Part shown: piece after piece, positions 29,201 through 37,731 of the stretch
How positions within the stretch are numbered: position 1 is the stretch's first letter
How the letters are laid out: the number at the start of each line of letters is the position of its first letter
Source: a virus
DNA: 64,000 nucleotides
IMG/VR virus record: IMGVR_UViG_3300042923_001201
Span: 30,473 to 94,472 of that record
Strand: one strand, 5' to 3'
Program-made: the position numbers and the translations under genes
Notes under the pieces: model-generated
Told to the model about the DNA's origin: nothing
What the model saw: the letters and a program-made list of their open reading frames with translations, nothing else
Database searches by the model: none

Positions 29201-30025
29201 GTCTGGCATATAGTCCTTAAAAAAAGAACGCAACTCATCTTCATCCATAAGATATGTTGTTGAATAAAAATCAGCAACTTCCCGCTCGCCATCATCAGAT
29301 CTTAAGTAATTTTCATGAATGATTGCTTGTTGTTTGTTAAGGTAATGAGCATCAGTAGCAACAATAGTTTTAATCTTGTATGCTTTTGCAATATGAGCTG
29401 CCATTTTATTATAAATTATTTGTTCTTCCTGATCTGATGGCTGTAACTCAATAAAAAAATCATCACCGAATATTTTTTGATACCAGGTAATGAGGCTGTG
29501 AATTTTACGCTTCGATTCAATATTATCAGTCTGTGCGTAGTCAATTACAGCTCTTGCAAATTCGGAACCAATACAAGCTGTTGAGGCAATAATATCACCT
29601 TTGTACTTCAATAAAGTTTCCTCGAAGTGGTCAGTGTATGTAGGTACACGTTCCATACCACGAAAGAAGAACGATTCTTCCCACGCCCTTGAACTCATTT
29701 CCTTTAGAGCCTGATAACCATTTAAATTTTTGGCAATAAGTAGAAAATGATAAAATCTTGTTCCTTCATTTTTTTCTTTTGCCGCAGCAACTTCCTCGCG
29801 GTTTACCAAATAGATCTCATTGCCTAAGGCAACCTTAAAGTCATCATATTTTTTTGCATATTTAATAGCTTCGACATGTGAAGATAAAGTGTCATGGTCA
29901 GTAATAGCGATACCTTTTAAACCTATTTTTCGTGCATAATCTATCAACTTATCAACTTTGTTAATACAGTCCTTTAGGCGGAAATTACTTCTGTCTGTAT
30001 GGTTATGAGATCCGAAATATGACAA
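26219..30025 (-). CDS. dnaE: DNA polymerase III alpha subunit (DnaE-like)
   Basis: PHP HNHT/AITDH, SRGS, PDIDID, HASG, KLDFL, GYSFSLPH, C-terminal OB fold. Confidence 0.95.
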   Translation of the reverse strand: MSYFGSHNHTDRSNFRLKDCINKVDKLIDYARKIGLKGIAITDHDTLSSHVEAIKYAKKYDDFKVALGNEIYLVNREEVAAAKEKNEGTRFYHFLLIAKNLNGYQALKEMSSRAWEESFFFRGMERVPTYTDHFEETLLKYKGDIIASTACIGSEFARAVIDYAQTDNIESKRKIHSLITWYQKIFGDDFFIELQPSDQEEQIIYNKMAAHIAKAYKIKTIVATDAHYLNKQQAIIHENYLRSDDGEREVADFYSTTYLMDEDELRSFFKDYMPDDYVTEMMNNTLEIMDMIEPFDLKQETVIPHRKIPEFEIQHIFKDFYEQYDYIRKFSNSPNIEDRFFLFLCEKGFLNKKQEYNDENLARINEEMKELWLTSEQLGQPISSYYILTEKVIEIMWEVSFVGVSRGSVASYYTCYLMDIIQINPIKYKLPHWRHLTHERPELPDIDIDTEASQRANILAKTKEEFGHENVLNICTLSTEKLRSSILTSCRGLGIDNDVAQNIANLIPTDKTGMWTLKECLEGDEETGKRPVRELQEEFEKHPGLRETIETIEGLVSGRSVHASGVYVFRDGYLAQNAMMKTTGGQEVTQFNMGDSDYQGGLKLDFLTINALDKLRAGMDLLLEEGKIEWQGSLRATYNKYFHPDVLDMDSPEMFKLLHSGQIIDAFQFDSAVGSQAVSKIKPMSFQELSAGNSLMRLSAESGESPLDKYVRHKANIQEWYDEMYKAGLNVFEVEIIKEHLLENYGLCDTQESMMLISMDKRISGFGLLGANKLRKGVAKKKKEIIDECYGDFKTGCIAMNTSDAMMNYVWEVLFKPQFGYSFSLPHIAGYTMILMQQLNLAYKYGVIFWKTACLTVNSGLIGEREGNTDYGSVAKAIGDMKGEVLNPDINISKLGFTPIERDNKILFGLKPISGLGKDGVKIIMERRPFTSFQDFFERCVGNESEGEESEKSLSIGKTVTLIKSGCFDKIDGRPRRELMVDFIKMVSPKKEKLTMQNIQRALSFVPESLSREVEIYNFRNSIFGRGKVPMNEEIEREFMEKYSKEVTYTFNDGKLVIDQKSFDKAYKKLIEPLRLWIISDEAAAEFNKQGMRELWVKHCMGTKEQWEMETVVFYSDKHELDYIPLSKYFDISDFTTMKHMEISGYNVWRGRKTPKYKTLAISGTVVDKDKDKHIVYLSTQNGVVPVKYSKGTFLHYDKKIVDTSGEKKVVLDDSWFKRGTKLVIVGFRRNDEFVPKVYKDSAYRHTTMKIEKFTKNDVELRMQKVNI

Positions 30026-30087
30026 TATATAAACCTCCTAATCATTTTACATCATTATATATAGAAAACGTTAAAAAGTAAACCAGA

Positions 30088-30123
30088 AAAGAGAATACCT
30101 CAATTATATAAGGTATTCTCTTT
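30088..30123 (-). terminator. Intrinsic terminator, 13-bp inverted repeat
   Basis: AAAGAGAATACCT-caattatata-AGGTATTCTCTTT right after the stop of the Rok-like gene. Confidence 0.75.
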
Positions 30124-30130
30124 AATTCTA

Positions 30131-30535
30131 CTACCTATTTCTAACTAATTGGTAATAACCACGACTTACAGGTTCAACTATTCCTTTCTTTGTTATTTGT
30201 GAATAGGCCGATTGATAACTTGAAGAAACAAAGTTAAATTTTTCTAATTCTTTAAGAATTTCAGATATTTTCATGGGTCTTCCCTTATTGTCGAAAATAC
30301 GTTTTATGCAATCTTCGAATGTCAATCGGTCTACACGTCCCGTTTTGCTTGAAGAAAATACAAGACTTCTATCCTGCATCCGATCGAGCAGTTCATATTC
30401 AGCAATTCTCATTTGCCGTTTTGTTTGAAGCTTTTCAATTCTTTCTTGTAATTCCTTAACCTCCTGTTCAATTTCACCTACCTCATTAATAATTTCATTT
30501 TGTCTTGCCTTAACTACATGATCTGCATCAAGCAT
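30131..30535 (-). CDS. Small Rok-like protein (coiled coil plus winged helix)
   Basis: N-terminal coiled coil; C-terminal RPMKISEILKELE...IVEPVSRGYYQL; own class-1 promoter and terminator. Confidence 0.55.
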   Translation of the reverse strand: MLDADHVVKARQNEIINEVGEIEQEVKELQERIEKLQTKRQMRIAEYELLDRMQDRSLVFSSSKTGRVDRLTFEDCIKRIFDNKGRPMKISEILKELEKFNFVSSSYQSAYSQITKKGIVEPVSRGYYQLVRNR

Positions 30536-30619
30536 TTTGTTCACTCCTTAAAGTTTATTTGTTGTTTACATTTATATTTTATCATAATTTGTCGACTATG
30601 TAAATAGAAAAAGAGATGA

Positions 30620-32623
30620 TTAAATCATCTCAATTTCTTTAAGTACACCTTTCATCGGTCCTGCTACACCTTGAGTCCATCTTTCCTTCAACTCAAACTT
30701 TGAGGTAGGTACAACAAATGAAGTTGTAGTAGTTTTAAATTTAAACTTTCCTTCCTCAGAGAACGTAAGGATTCCTACTACATCATTATTTTTGGCGAGT
30801 GAATTGGCAAGTTTTTTACGGTTTCCATTAAATGAGTCTAATTTAATTTTAGCAATCTTATTATTATTATATCCGATGATAATAAATTTATTCTTCCCGT
30901 CAATAACCGAGGTTCCTACAATTGTTTTTACTTCGCAAAGTGAAGGTATAAAGACTCCTAATTGCCTTGTAGTTACTTCGTCAATTTCACTTATTTTAAT
31001 CTTGTAACAACATTTATCAGCTCCAAATACTAACAGCTCGCCCGAGTTTCTTGTTGAATATTCAGTTACAAGTTCATCGCCCGGTTTAAGATTAAAGGAT
31101 TTTGTGTCAGCGTCAAATTGTATGCTCTTTCTTACATATCCTTCTTTTGTAATATAAATCTTCACAGGATAATCGGGTACGGCTTCCATTTCTTTTTTGA
31201 CAGCCTTAACCTTTTCAGTATTAACCTCGATGATTTTTGTAGCTCGATCAACGCCGTACTTCTCACTTGTTTCGGTTAGTTCCTTAATGATAATTTCATT
31301 TTTTCTTTCGTCGCTTTGTGCAATATCTTCATAGTCCTTAATTTTTTCCTCAAGACTACTGATTTCAGCAATCCGTTTAATGATATAGTCTTTATTAATA
31401 TTGCGAAGTTTCATATCTGCAATAGCAGATGCCTGGGACTCATCAATTTTAAAATGGTCCATAAGGTTCTTTTCAATTAAGTCATCTGCTGATCGGCGGA
31501 TTATTTCAATAGCTTTGTCAATATCAAGCAATACTTTTTCTAATCCTCGAAGGAAGTGAAGATCCTTTTTCATTTTAGCAATATCGAATAGATATCCTCG
31601 AGTTATTGTTTGACGTCTCCATTTTAACCATTCTTCAATAATTTGCCATGCTCCCATGACCTTCGGACCTTTGTCAATAATCACGTTCATGTTGGCGCTG
31701 AAACTTGATTGGAGTGGGGTTGTTTGGTAAAGAACTTCGAGAGCCTTATTCATATCCGTACCACGCTTAAACGATACTTCAATGTTCATTCCTTTGAGTC
31801 CCGTAAGATCCTTAACATCGGAAATCTCCTTCATTTTACCGCTTTTATACAGGTCAACAATTTTTTCAATAATCGCTTCGCGGGTAGTTGTATAAGGAAT
31901 TTCCGTAATTTCAATCTTATTGCCTTTAATTTCAGCTTTACCACGAAGAAAAATTGATCCTCTACCTTCAAGGTTAATCTGTTTAAAGACATCCTTATTT
32001 TTAACAATATACCCACCCGTAGCAAAATCAGGCACCAGCAATGTTTTCACATTTTCCTTCAAGTATTTGATGATAGCTTTTGCCAATTCTTTCATGTTGA
32101 AGGAAGGAATTTGTGAAGCCATACCTAATGCTACGCCATTTGAGGGCCTCATTAATACATAAGGAAATTTCACAGGCAGTACTTCGGGCTGCATAATCGA
32201 GCCGTCGTAATTGGGTACAAAGTCAACAAGGTTCTTTTTAAGGTTTTTCATCATTTCTATAGCTATAGGAGCCAATTTAACCTCAGTATATCTCGATGCA
32301 CCTTCTTGCAAATCTCTTGATGTTGCTTGACCAAAGTTACCTTTACCAATAATCAGAGGTGTTTGATTACGGTCCTTTTGAACCATATTTACCATAACTC
32401 CGTAAGATGAACCGTGAGGGTGAAGCTTCATAACTGCGCCTTCAATATTCGCACTTTTTGTAAATTTTGTAGCATCCTCTAAATCCATTGTATAAAGGAT
32501 CCTTCTGTTAACAGGTAACATACCATCTCTGAAGTCAGGCAATGCCCGACTCAGGATAATATATGCTCCATATTCCATCATGTTTTTTTCGATATGATCT
32601 TGTACTAAAACTGTTTTTGACAT
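30620..32623 (-). CDS. gyrA: Type IIA topoisomerase subunit A (GyrA/ParC)
   Basis: RALPDFRDG..PVNRR, HPHG, ASRYTE (catalytic Tyr), LPVKFP, PDFATGG. Short CTD with no evident GyrA-box, so it may be topo IV-like. Confidence 0.9.
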   Translation of the reverse strand: MSKTVLVQDHIEKNMMEYGAYIILSRALPDFRDGMLPVNRRILYTMDLEDATKFTKSANIEGAVMKLHPHGSSYGVMVNMVQKDRNQTPLIIGKGNFGQATSRDLQEGASRYTEVKLAPIAIEMMKNLKKNLVDFVPNYDGSIMQPEVLPVKFPYVLMRPSNGVALGMASQIPSFNMKELAKAIIKYLKENVKTLLVPDFATGGYIVKNKDVFKQINLEGRGSIFLRGKAEIKGNKIEITEIPYTTTREAIIEKIVDLYKSGKMKEISDVKDLTGLKGMNIEVSFKRGTDMNKALEVLYQTTPLQSSFSANMNVIIDKGPKVMGAWQIIEEWLKWRRQTITRGYLFDIAKMKKDLHFLRGLEKVLLDIDKAIEIIRRSADDLIEKNLMDHFKIDESQASAIADMKLRNINKDYIIKRIAEISSLEEKIKDYEDIAQSDERKNEIIIKELTETSEKYGVDRATKIIEVNTEKVKAVKKEMEAVPDYPVKIYITKEGYVRKSIQFDADTKSFNLKPGDELVTEYSTRNSGELLVFGADKCCYKIKISEIDEVTTRQLGVFIPSLCEVKTIVGTSVIDGKNKFIIIGYNNNKIAKIKLDSFNGNRKKLANSLAKNNDVVGILTFSEEGKFKFKTTTTSFVVPTSKFELKERWTQGVAGPMKGVLKEIEMI

Positions 32624-32628
32624 TATAT

Positions 32629-32793
32629 CTACTCCATTTCAGAAAGGATATGTTCCAATTGTTGTTTTGTTAATCTTATTGTAGTTAATTTACCAAACGT
32701 ACCGATAACATGAATTAATACTGTTCCTGGAAAATATTTACTATATTCGATAGTTATATTTTTTGAAATAGTTACCTTATCTCCTGATTTCAT
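32629..32793 (-). CDS. 54-aa hypothetical protein between the topoisomerase subunits (not in ORF track)
   Basis: MKSGDKVTIS...SEME*; RBS GGGAGA; promoter TTGCAT-N17-TATAAT at 32827-32855. Confidence 0.5.
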   Translation of the reverse strand: MKSGDKVTISKNITIEYSKYFPGTVLIHVIGTFGKLTTIRLTKQQLEHILSEME

Positions 32794-32855
32794 TTTAATA
32801 TCTCCCATCTGTACTATATAGAATTAATTATACACTACGATTTATTAAAATGCAA

Positions 32856-34793
32856 CTATTCTTCAAGAGCTGTTTCTGTATATTTATGAAGATTTTTTTC
32901 AATGAAGCCTTTTCGATCGGTTATATCACTTCCCATAAACATATTGATCATATCCTTCATCTTTTTAGCATCGTCCATTGTGATTTGCTCAAGGATTCGA
33001 GTTTTAGGATCCATAGCTGTATAATTCATTGTTTCAGGTTCCAACTCACCCAAACCTTTACAGCGAGCAAGTGTGTACTTCCGTTTTATTTTTGGTAATT
33101 GTTCGTCCTTTTCAGCTTCACTAAACAGATAAGACATTGAATCATCTTCATATTTCACTTCATAGAGCGGTGTCTTTGCAATATAAACCCTACCATTTTC
33201 AATCAGTTTCGGAACAAGGACATAAACCATTGTAATAATGAGGCACTGAATTTGTTGTCCATCTGGATCTGCATCTGTTGCAATGATAAGTTTACCATAT
33301 CTCAACAATTTTTCATTAAATGATTCAAGATCCTTATTCTTTTTATCGGCTTGAATACCGCATCCCAAAGCACGAATCAAATCGAGGATAATACCATTCT
33401 TGAATATCGTTGAATAATCTGCTTTGAGGCAATTTAGGATCTTTCCACGTAAGGCATACGCTGCTTGAATTTGGGAATCCCTTGCAAGAATCAATGAACC
33501 CAATGCTGATAATCCTTCTGCAACAAACAGTTCAGATTGTTCGCCATGTTGAGCGCAATCAACAAGGCCTTCAATTCGTCCTCCGATATTGTCAACCTTT
33601 TCATTTAATTTCTTTTTAAGTTGCGCCTTTGCAGCAGTATTCCGTGAGTTGAATTTATTTACCTGTAAGATATGTTCAATAAATTTTTTGAACTCTTTAG
33701 GCTGTTCAACTTGAAATACATTTAGCAGAGACTGTACATATTCACTTGCTATTCTTCGATAAAGTACTTTATTCGTTGAGAGCTTCGTTTGATTCGCATA
33801 CTCAACATTTGTACTTAACAATGAGCAAACATAAGAAACTGAATCTTCAACATCACTTGTTGAAATAGAAGGAGCCTTTTTGTCAAGTAGTTTTTGTTCA
33901 AGACAATACTTGTTCACAAACGTTCTGATTCCTGAAATAACTCCATCATGAATCGTACCATGTTCTGGAAGCCAATTTATATTAAGATATGACTCATGAA
34001 TGGGCTCCGAAGTGGTCGCAAATAAAATACATATTTTATTCCTTTCCTTATCATCTTTCTCTAATAGTTGATTATAGGAAGTTTCAGGCCCAATTACTGC
34101 TTTACAGGTAAGATTATTGACAATTTTTTCAAAATATTGCTGTAAATTATTATAATGGAAGACAGTTTCCTCATCTTTGTGCTTAAACTTAAATGTTATC
34201 TTATTTGCGGTAGCTGAGATGCGTTCCAGTATTCCTTTAAGATCATTTGGGTCATAAACTGTCTTAGTGTATACTAATGGGTCTAAACGGAAGGTAACAA
34301 TTGTTCCATGTTGTTTTTCATCTGCACTTGTAGATGTTAGATCACTTTTAATATTCGCTCCACCTTCGTAGGTGATGGAATGTCTTTTTCCATTCTTAAT
34401 GCTTGTGACCCTAAAAAATTCAGACGTATAGTTTAACACTGTAACTCCTACACCATTTGTTCCAACAGCAACCTTACCAAGATCTTTGTTTTCATAGTTT
34501 GTTCCAGCAAATAAAGTTTCAAATAAAAGTTCATAATTGGGTTTACCATCAGTTTCTCCGTCAATGGGAATTCCTCTGCCTGTATCTGATACAGATATTG
34601 TCCTCATATCATCAAGTAAAGTTACAGTAATAATTCCTTTTGAAAAGTTATTATTAATTTCATCTATTCCATTTCCAATAACTTCCTTTAATCCATGAAG
34701 ATAATTTTCTCTACTTCCATAAAATATGGGAAGTTTTTCACGACTTTGTTCTCTATCTGACAAAACCCTTATTTTGTCTTTATTTTCATTCAT
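32856..34793 (-). CDS. gyrB: Type IIA topoisomerase subunit B (GyrB/ParE)
   Basis: E...N..DE, GRGIP, GTNGVG, EGLSA, LRGKILN, TDADPDG, KGLGE. Confidence 0.93.
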   Translation of the reverse strand: MNENKDKIRVLSDREQSREKLPIFYGSRENYLHGLKEVIGNGIDEINNNFSKGIITVTLLDDMRTISVSDTGRGIPIDGETDGKPNYELLFETLFAGTNYENKDLGKVAVGTNGVGVTVLNYTSEFFRVTSIKNGKRHSITYEGGANIKSDLTSTSADEKQHGTIVTFRLDPLVYTKTVYDPNDLKGILERISATANKITFKFKHKDEETVFHYNNLQQYFEKIVNNLTCKAVIGPETSYNQLLEKDDKERNKICILFATTSEPIHESYLNINWLPEHGTIHDGVISGIRTFVNKYCLEQKLLDKKAPSISTSDVEDSVSYVCSLLSTNVEYANQTKLSTNKVLYRRIASEYVQSLLNVFQVEQPKEFKKFIEHILQVNKFNSRNTAAKAQLKKKLNEKVDNIGGRIEGLVDCAQHGEQSELFVAEGLSALGSLILARDSQIQAAYALRGKILNCLKADYSTIFKNGIILDLIRALGCGIQADKKNKDLESFNEKLLRYGKLIIATDADPDGQQIQCLIITMVYVLVPKLIENGRVYIAKTPLYEVKYEDDSMSYLFSEAEKDEQLPKIKRKYTLARCKGLGELEPETMNYTAMDPKTRILEQITMDDAKKMKDMINMFMGSDITDRKGFIEKNLHKYTETALEE

Positions 34794-35407
34794 TAACAAA
34801 TCAACTCCAACTTATAATTATTTATAGGATTTCCTGTTTTAACTCTATTCATAATTACTTTTCTTGTAGTGTTAAAATATCGAGCATTAGGAGGTTTATA
34901 AACCATCTCAATCACTCTCCCATATTTTTAATTTATGATTCATTATATCAATAAAAACAGAAACTGTAAACAATTATTTTCTATTACAGCTCTTATCTTC
35001 CCATTCAAGTTTGTGTGAAAACTTTTTACATTTGCAACATTTAACTGTTCTGTTTTCAAGGTCGTGATTAAACAAGTTTGGGTATCTACAAATTGGGCAC
35101 TTGATAGTTTTCATGTTGTTCCTCCAATTTTCTAATAAGATTTCAATGTTAAGGAGGGATTGGCTCCCTCCATACTGTAATCTTATGTAATTACTTCGAA
35201 AAGTTTTCTCTGACGTGTTCAAAAATTCTTGAGGTTTCTTCAAAATCATTGTTTTTAAAGGCCTCAAAATATAGACTGTGTAATTCGGCTAATGTTTTTC
35301 CTTGAAGATCCTTAGTTACTGTTTGAGTTGTCATTTTTATCACTCCTAATTTGTTTTCCTTACGTTATATTATATTGAATAATTGTGGAAAAATACCAAG
35401 AAATTTT

Positions 35408-35548
35408 TTAAGATACATTATTTTTAAACTTTTGACGATTGTATGAGCCTTTACCTTTATCATTTTGTTTAACTTTAGTTGCAGCATTGAAATTCCAAAC
35501 TTGCCTTGTTTTTGTCATTTCGCCTATTTTCTTCAGTTTCTTTTTCAT
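35408..35548 (-). CDS. 46-aa ArfA-like alternative ribosome-rescue factor (not in ORF track)
   Basis: MKKKLKKIGEMTKTRQVWNFNAATKVKQNDKGKGSYNRQKFKNNVS*; KGKGSYxR motif of ArfA; RBS TAAGGAG. Confidence 0.6.
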   Translation of the reverse strand: MKKKLKKIGEMTKTRQVWNFNAATKVKQNDKGKGSYNRQKFKNNVS

Positions 35549-35796
35549 GTTTGCTCCTTAATGTATTATAGTTTTAAAAGGTTCAATTTTAAACCCAAAC
35601 CAATCTTCATATTTTTCTTCTCCCATGAAATAGTCTGTAACGTCCTTTTTATAAAGATTTCCATTGATAACCATTACAGCAAATAATCTACCACCTTCAC
35701 TCATTAGTCTGAACGTTTCCATTAAAATCACCTCCTATAAATATATTAACATAGATTCTATCAAATGTAAATAGAAAAGACCCAGAATTTTCCGGG

Positions 35797-36063
35797 TCAT
35801 TTTAATGAGTTTATAATTCCTTGAATTGTTGTTTTAGTTACAAAACCTGTTGTCCTTTCAAACGGCAACCCATCACGCTCAAAAATCAACGTTGGAACAC
35901 TTGATACACCATAGTCCGTTGCGAGACTCATTCCTTGTTCATCGTCAAGGGCCACTGTTATGAATTCAACGTCTTTGTTTTCTTTTTCAAGTTCTTCAAT
36001 GGTTGGTTTAAGTATTTTACAAGGTTGACACCATGAAGCAGTAAATCTAATTACTTTTAACAT
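35797..36063 (-). CDS. trxA: Thioredoxin
   Basis: FTASWCQPC, GVSSVPT. Confidence 0.9.
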   Translation of the reverse strand: MLKVIRFTASWCQPCKILKPTIEELEKENKDVEFITVALDDEQGMSLATDYGVSSVPTLIFERDGLPFERTTGFVTKTTIQGIINSLK

Positions 36064-36223
36064 ATTAGTTCTCCTCTGCTGCATCTAATTACTTTAGGTT
36101 GTTCAGCGATTGTAGGAACAAACAAAATTGGACCTACAAAAGCCAATATGATCATCAAACTCAAAATGTGTCCTTTCATAACGTCGCTCCTTTGGATTAG
36201 GGAGGGTTTCCCCTCCCACATGA

Positions 36224-37432
36224 TTATACTGTAAGTGCTTGTTTTTTATCTTTGACTGTATCCATTTTCTTCGTAAGCAAGAACTCTTCAGTTGTAAATT
36301 CAGTCAGTGTTTCTTTTGTATGATGCTGAAATTGAACTCGGGTATCTTCGAATTGCGTTGTGCTTTCACGTTCGCCACGAAGTGCAGCAAGGACCTCGCC
36401 GCTAGCCCATTCAAAATATTTAGCAGGTACGCCTTGAGCAAGGTGACGAATGATTTCCTTATGAGGAAGAATTTCAAAGGTGTCAGGGAATCCCATCAGA
36501 CGCGCATATTCACGAATTGTAAACTGACGATTGTGAATTGGATGAATAAATGAAGAATAACCTGTCATTGACGGCGCTTGTTTATCAGGATTAGGACGTT
36601 GCGAAGATTTATCCCAATATCCAAGGTCGTTGTTTTGTTTGTACAACTGAGTTGTCAGAGCCTTTTTAACTTTTTCTGGCAGAGTTGGCTCATATTTTGC
36701 GTAATTGTCACAGATTACCCAGTTTACAGTTTTGTGTCCACCTTTTACGAATGGTACATCAGGGAAGATATATTCGACTTCTTGATAAGGACGATTGGGA
36801 ACAAGATCATGATTCAAAAACGTTCCAAGTTCTACATCATACAAATCTCCAATAATTTCCTTAACTGTCGTTGGGACATCTGTTTTGCCCATGTGAAGTG
36901 TAGGAATTTGAGGGAAAGCATCTTTGCGCCATCCAATAAAGAATGTCCGTTGACGTTTCATTGCCACATTATGGTACATACCAAACTCACGAATGATCGT
37001 AAAGTTGTAGTTTGGCAGGTTCTTAATGAAATCATCAAGAATCGGTTTACCTGTAGTGATCAGTGTTGGAGCATTCTCGTACATAAACGCTCGAGGTTGA
37101 ACGCCTTTAACAATGTTCATATACCGATATTGATGACAGTTTGGACCCTTTTCATGAGATTGTCCACCGCGTACACCCAGAGAAAGCCCTGAACATGGCG
37201 GATTACCATAAAGCAAATCATAATTTTCTTGACGAAGTTTTTCAAGATATTTGCTATTTTCCCATACAGAAGGGGGAACCATAGGAACTTGAGGATAGTT
37301 ATGAACAAAGTGCATTCCATTGTCTAAATACATGTCGTCCGTTAGCTCCAAAATTTGAGTAGGTGTATACCCGTTATTCATTACACCAATACTTGCGCTA
37401 CCTGCAAAAACAAATGCCCCTAATACCTTCAT
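36224..37432 (-). CDS. C5-cytosine DNA methyltransferase fold with atypical SAM-binding motifs
   Basis: Catalytic motifs present (GNPPCSG, YENAP, KRQRTF, REYARLMGFP); motif I is AFVFAGSA and motif X is LAQGVP. Confidence 0.8.
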   Translation of the reverse strand: MKVLGAFVFAGSASIGVMNNGYTPTQILELTDDMYLDNGMHFVHNYPQVPMVPPSVWENSKYLEKLRQENYDLLYGNPPCSGLSLGVRGGQSHEKGPNCHQYRYMNIVKGVQPRAFMYENAPTLITTGKPILDDFIKNLPNYNFTIIREFGMYHNVAMKRQRTFFIGWRKDAFPQIPTLHMGKTDVPTTVKEIIGDLYDVELGTFLNHDLVPNRPYQEVEYIFPDVPFVKGGHKTVNWVICDNYAKYEPTLPEKVKKALTTQLYKQNNDLGYWDKSSQRPNPDKQAPSMTGYSSFIHPIHNRQFTIREYARLMGFPDTFEILPHKEIIRHLAQGVPAKYFEWASGEVLAALRGERESTTQFEDTRVQFQHHTKETLTEFTTEEFLLTKKMDTVKDKKQALTV

Positions 37433-37731
37433 TAATTAATTCCTCCATTTTTGTATTGTTCTACTAGACTTTCAAGATTTTCAAAATCAACAGTCCAACC
37501 ATAATTTAGAATGCTGACCATAGGATTGGTTTTCAATCCTAACTCATCATTATATTTATCTTTAAAATAATCAATCTTTTCTGTAATTTCATCACAAAAG
37601 TTAACAATTAGTTCAGGTTTCTTTTTATTAGGCAAATTCATAACAACGCCAATATATCCAACTTTATATTTTGATTTTCGTTCGAGAAAAGTGATGAAAT
37701 CTTCTTTTGGTGTAGTACATTTTTCATTCAT
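37432..37731 (-). CDS. Conserved hypothetical phage protein
   Basis: PELIVN..KIDYF..KYNDEL motif; tightly packed between the TS homologue and the MTase fold. Confidence 0.55.
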   Translation of the reverse strand: MNEKCTTPKEDFITFLERKSKYKVGYIGVVMNLPNKKKPELIVNFCDEITEKIDYFKDKYNDELGLKTNPMVSILNYGWTVDFENLESLVEQYKNGGIN

